Positions 60,291 to 64,000 of a stretch of 64,000 nt of DNA are shown here, piece after piece. The stretch's first letter is position 1. The number at the start of each line of letters is the position of its first letter. This DNA comes from an uncultured Mycoplasmataceae bacterium (GTDB taxonomy: Bacteria; Bacillota_I; Bacilli_A; Mycoplasmatales; Mycoplasmoidaceae), in contig CAMUZN010000001.1 of assembly GCA_947165235.1 (NCBI GenBank), forward strand, positions 170,242 through 234,241, in the 5' to 3' direction. The notes beneath the pieces are model-generated. The model did no database searches. It was given only the letters and a program-made list of their open reading frames with translations, and had not been told where the DNA came from. The position numbers and the translations under genes are program-made.

Positions 60291-61423
60291 TTTGATAATT
60301 TTTCGTTATTAGAGTTGGAATTTAATTTATTAGCAATTTTTATTTCTAATTTAATTTTTTTTCTCGTATATTGGTTATAAGTTGTTGTTGCAAGTAAACT
60401 TTTTCTAGCAAAACGAGTAATAAGTCTTGCGAAATTAATAAAAAGAGAGGGAAAAGAATTCAAAATTTTAAAAATGAAATTTTTAAAAGCAAAATGATAA
60501 TGATAATTATTTTTAATAAAACAATTCAATTTTTCAACACAATTTTTAAGAATTCGAATTTTTTCGTTTTTTGGTAGGTTATAACTTTGTGAGATAATCT
60601 CAAGAATTCAAAAAATTCAATATTTGATAATTTTTGCTTGTGCCATAATTCTTTTTTTCATACTATTGTGTGGTAAAGGATTTTTTAATAAGCATTCTAA
60701 AATAAGAGAAAAATGATCAAAATTATTTACACTTCTTTCCATACTTATCGATTGGTTACCCTTATGAATAAAATAATTGTAGAGATAAATTTTTTTATTA
60801 ATATATCCAATTATTTTTACATGTTGTAAAACATAATAAATTAAAAGTGTATCGGTATAAAAAACATGACTTGGCAACGGTTTAATTTTTTTAAAAATAT
60901 TGGTTTTAAAAATCGTTGCATGGATTGTGATAAACGAGAATAATTTTATTTTTGTAAAGATTTTGCATTCAATTTTTTTTGTTGTTGTAGAAATTTTTTT
61001 TTTGACTATTCTTCCACTATTAAGAAAGTTTAAATGATAATTTACTAATAATAAATCTGGAGCATTATTAATTGTTTTCATAATGTCAATAATTTGGTTA
61101 AAAGAATTAGTATTATATTCATCATCACTATCAAGAATACTAACGTATTCGCTGTTAATGCGATCACGAATGAAATTTATACACCCACCCCAATTACTAT
61201 TTTTTTTATAGAAATAAAAAACAGTATTCTTATATTTTTTTAAGAAATGATTTATTTTTTTTTTTAAATGGTCTGTACTACCGTCATCAATTACAAAGAC
61301 AGCAATGTCTTTGCTCTCTAAGTTTAGAGAATTTAATGTGTGACAAATTGTTTTTGTCGAGTTATAACAATTGATAATAATAGTTCACAATTTTTGCTTT
61401 TCTTTATTTAAAAAATTTACCAT
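60287..61423 (-). CDS. Family 2 glycosyltransferase
   Basis: Fragments 60287..60529 and 60617..61081 are in frame with the ATG at 61423 (378 aa). The N-terminus reads IIINCYNS...VFVIDDGSTD...LDSDDE, which is the GT-A DxD architecture. Confidence 0.8.
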
Positions 61424-62381
61424 ATTTTTTGCGGAATTTATAGTCAGAAATAATCATTTTTTTTAGATCATATTTTGGTTTTCATTTTAGGATCTTTCAT
61501 GCTTTTTTGGTATTGGTTAATAGTTTATCAGGATCACCATTTCGCCTTTTTGCAAAATGAAATTTTAATGTTGGATCAATATTTTTTTTTGCCATTTTTA
61601 CGACATCTAAAACCGTATATCCTTTATTTGATCCTAAATTAAAAATTGCTGATTTATTTTTCTTTAAAAAATTTATTCCGCATATTGTGGCTTGGGCAAG
61701 ATCTTGTACATGGATGTAATCACGCAAACAAGTTCCATCTTTTGTTTGATAATCATTACCATATATCGTAATTTCTTTTTTTTTAATTAAACAATCATTT
61801 AAACTAGGAATTAGTAATGTCGGTTTCTTTTTTGCCATTCCATATTTACCACTAATAGAACTACCTGCGACATTAAAAAATCGAAAAATAACATAATTAA
61901 TTTTATGGGCTATACCAGCATCAATAATCAATTGTTCGCAATATAATTTTGATGCCCCATAGGGATTGCATGGTTCTTTTTTTGTTTCTTCATTAATAGG
62001 GAAAGTTTTACTTTTTCCATAGACTGCGGCTGAAGAAGCAAAAATTATTTTTCTTACTTTATGTGCAACCATTGTTTCTAAAACATTTGCCAAACCACCG
62101 ATATTCACAGAAAAATAAGTAATTGGTTTTTGTACTGATTCGGCAACAATTGTTTTTGCTGCATAATGATAAACAAGATCAATTTTATGTTTTGTAAAAA
62201 TTTTTTCTAAAATTTCTTTATCAAGCATTGAACCATTATAGAAAATGGTTTTAGGATGAACTAAAAAATTACAACCAGTTGACAAGTCATCAAGAACAAT
62301 TACACGATGTTTTTTTTTAATTAACAGTTCGGTTGTTACCGAACCAATATACCCTGCTCCACCAATAACCAAAATATTCAT
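61404..62381 (-). CDS. galE: UDP-glucose 4-epimerase
   Basis: GGAGYIGS Rossmann motif and YGASK catalytic motif. The track stop at 61497 is TGA, so I extended to a TAA at 61404 (325 aa). Confidence 0.9.
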
Positions 62382-63277
62382 TATTTATTAAATTTATTCA
62401 CTTTTTCTTTGATTAATTTAATGATATCGTTTTTAATTTCTTGATCGTCTAAAGCATAATCAATAGTCGCGGCGACAAGACCAATTTTGCTTCCCAAATC
62501 ATAACGTTTACCTGTAAAACGACAAGCATTTATTTTTTTTCCTTTCTTAATTAATATTTTTAAAGCATTTGTTAATTGGATTTCGCCTGATTGATCAGTT
62601 TTTGTTTCTTCTAGAGCTTTAAAGATATCACTTGTTAAAACATATCGTCCTAAGATTGCATAATTACTAGTCGCTTTAGCAATAGGAGGTTTTTCAATTA
62701 ATCCTTTTAAAGCGAAAATTTTTTCTGTTTCATTTTGTTTATTTTTAGGAAGAACAATTCCATATTTACTAACCATTTTTTTTTCAATTTCTTGTATTCC
62801 AACAACACATGAATTTGTTTGTATAAAAGCATCGATACATTGTTTTAAAGCTGGTTTTTCATTGGGTGGATTTTTTACAACGTCATCACCCAAAATTACG
62901 GCAAAAGGATCATTACCACAGAAAATTTTTCCACATTTTATTGCATGTCCTAAACCCAAAGGTTCTTTTTGACGAACAAATTGAATGTTGGCAATATCAC
63001 CAATTTTTTTAACCATTATTGCTAATTCTTTTTTATTTTTTTTGATTAAACGGTGTTGCAACTCATAATTGTAATCAAAGTGATCGATAATGGGGTTTTT
63101 TGCTTGACTAACAACAATTAAAATGTCTTTAATTCCACTTTTAACTGCTTCCTCAACAATTAATTGAATTGCAGGGACATTAATAATTGGTAGCATTTCC
63201 TTAGGTATTGCTTTTGTTGCTGGTAATAATCTTGTTCCTAATCCGGCAGCCGGAATAATTGCTTTTGTTATTTTCAT
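62381..63277 (-). CDS. galU: UTP--glucose-1-phosphate uridylyltransferase
   Basis: 298 aa with the N-terminus KAIIPAAGLGTRLLPATKAIPKEMLP. Confidence 0.93.
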   Translation of the reverse strand: MKITKAIIPAAGLGTRLLPATKAIPKEMLPIINVPAIQLIVEEAVKSGIKDILIVVSQAKNPIIDHFDYNYELQHRLIKKNKKELAIMVKKIGDIANIQFVRQKEPLGLGHAIKCGKIFCGNDPFAVILGDDVVKNPPNEKPALKQCIDAFIQTNSCVVGIQEIEKKMVSKYGIVLPKNKQNETEKIFALKGLIEKPPIAKATSNYAILGRYVLTSDIFKALEETKTDQSGEIQLTNALKILIKKGKKINACRFTGKRYDLGSKIGLVAATIDYALDDQEIKNDIIKLIKEKVNKFNK

Positions 63278-63359
63278 TTTGTCATCAATAATCGTCGATT
63301 AAATACTTAATTATATTAATATAATGAATATAAATAACTATTGGTTTTTATTATTAACT

Positions 63360-64000
63360 ATGGTTTATCATTTGATTTATAACCCCACATGTCGTTCAGG
63401 ATCACATTCTTATCATGTTGTGGAAACATTAGTTGACTATGCTCTAAAAAAAGGAATTAAAATCATTATTCATGAAACCAAATACAAAAAACATGCGACT
63501 AAAATTGTCAATGAACTAACCACTGATATCAAAACGGAGGTTAAAATTATTAGTTTTGGTGGGGATGGGACATTACATGAGGTTTTAAATGGTATTGTTG
63601 ATTTTGAAAAAACAACATTAGCAATTTTACCATTAGGTAGTGGTAATGACTTTGCGAGGTATTGAGGAATAGATCTAAATGTTACCCCAACAACGATGCT
63701 TGATCAAATTATCACACAATACAAACCTAAAAGAATTGATTATTTGCTTATTAATGATTCATTAAGAGTGATTAATTCTGTTAATTTAGGAATGAGTGCT
63801 AGTGTGATTAAATTTATGGAAAAATTAAAACATTTCAAACCACGATTAAAGTATTTAATTGCTACTTTTTGTAAATGTGTATTTTATAAAAATTTTAATT
63901 ATTTGATTTCATTCGACAAAAAACCATTTATTAAAGTAATATCTCCTTCAATTACTTTTTGTAATGGACCATATTTTGGTTGTGGGATGTTAATTGCTCC
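63360..64000 (+). CDS. Diacylglycerol kinase-family lipid kinase (YegS/DagK-like), 3' end beyond window
   Basis: Contains HLIYNPTCRSG, FGGDGTLHEVLNG and LPLGSGNDFAR. The frame continues through TGA at 63663 to the window end. The start is taken at MVYHLIYNP. Confidence 0.75.

Overview
This is an AT-rich Mollicutes (Mycoplasma-type) chromosomal segment that must be read with genetic code 4 (TGA = Trp). Almost every 'fragmented' ORF in the supplied track fuses, in one frame and across TGA only, into an intact housekeeping gene.

Core content, left to right:
- atp operon (atpI-like, B, E, F, H, A, G, D) preceded by a lipoprotein gene
- miaB, trmB, gatCAB, a 377-aa membrane protein, rplJL with a structured leader
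- a PLD/cardiolipin-synthase-like gene, recO-era-ybeY-rsmI, ybaB-recR, SRP RNA
- dnaG-glyQS, ftsH-hpt, a TSCPD protein plus a short flavoprotein, lgt-tilS
- gyrB-gyrA with an S4-domain yaaA, tmRNA, tRNA-Ser(GCU), pta
- fpg, a MacB/MG467-468-like ABC pair (473-aa ATPase, 1754-aa permease), aspS-hisS
- a SecDF-like gene, a deoxynucleoside kinase, rlmN-gmk, rbgA-rnhB, a GIY-YIG protein, a GT2 glycosyltransferase, galE-galU and a DagK-like kinase

The only clearly accessory block is 34.3-41.35 kb. It holds a complete type II-A CRISPR-Cas locus: cas9 (1154 aa, all catalytic motifs present), a same-strand tracrRNA between cas9 and cas1, cas1, cas2, csn2, and a minimal array of 3 identical 35-nt repeats and 2 spacers that starts 7 nt after the csn2 stop.

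The most interesting signal lies just downstream of the array (40.7-41.35 kb), in four parts:
- A solo degenerate repeat that still pairs with the tracrRNA.
- A pseudo-spacer upstream of it whose repeat-proximal 15-17 nt recur 70 bp further on, over an extended -10-like box.
- Beyond that, a tRNA-like remnant and a 53-nt inverted copy (51/53) of the tmRNA-3'/tRNA-Ser-5' junction.
- A strong intrinsic terminator closing the block.

I propose, as inference only, that this is a Cas9-dependent regulatory (scaRNA/CreA-like) RNA controlling an antisense RNA unit. The null model is a decayed array end plus rearrangement scars. No IS elements, prophage genes or rRNA were seen.
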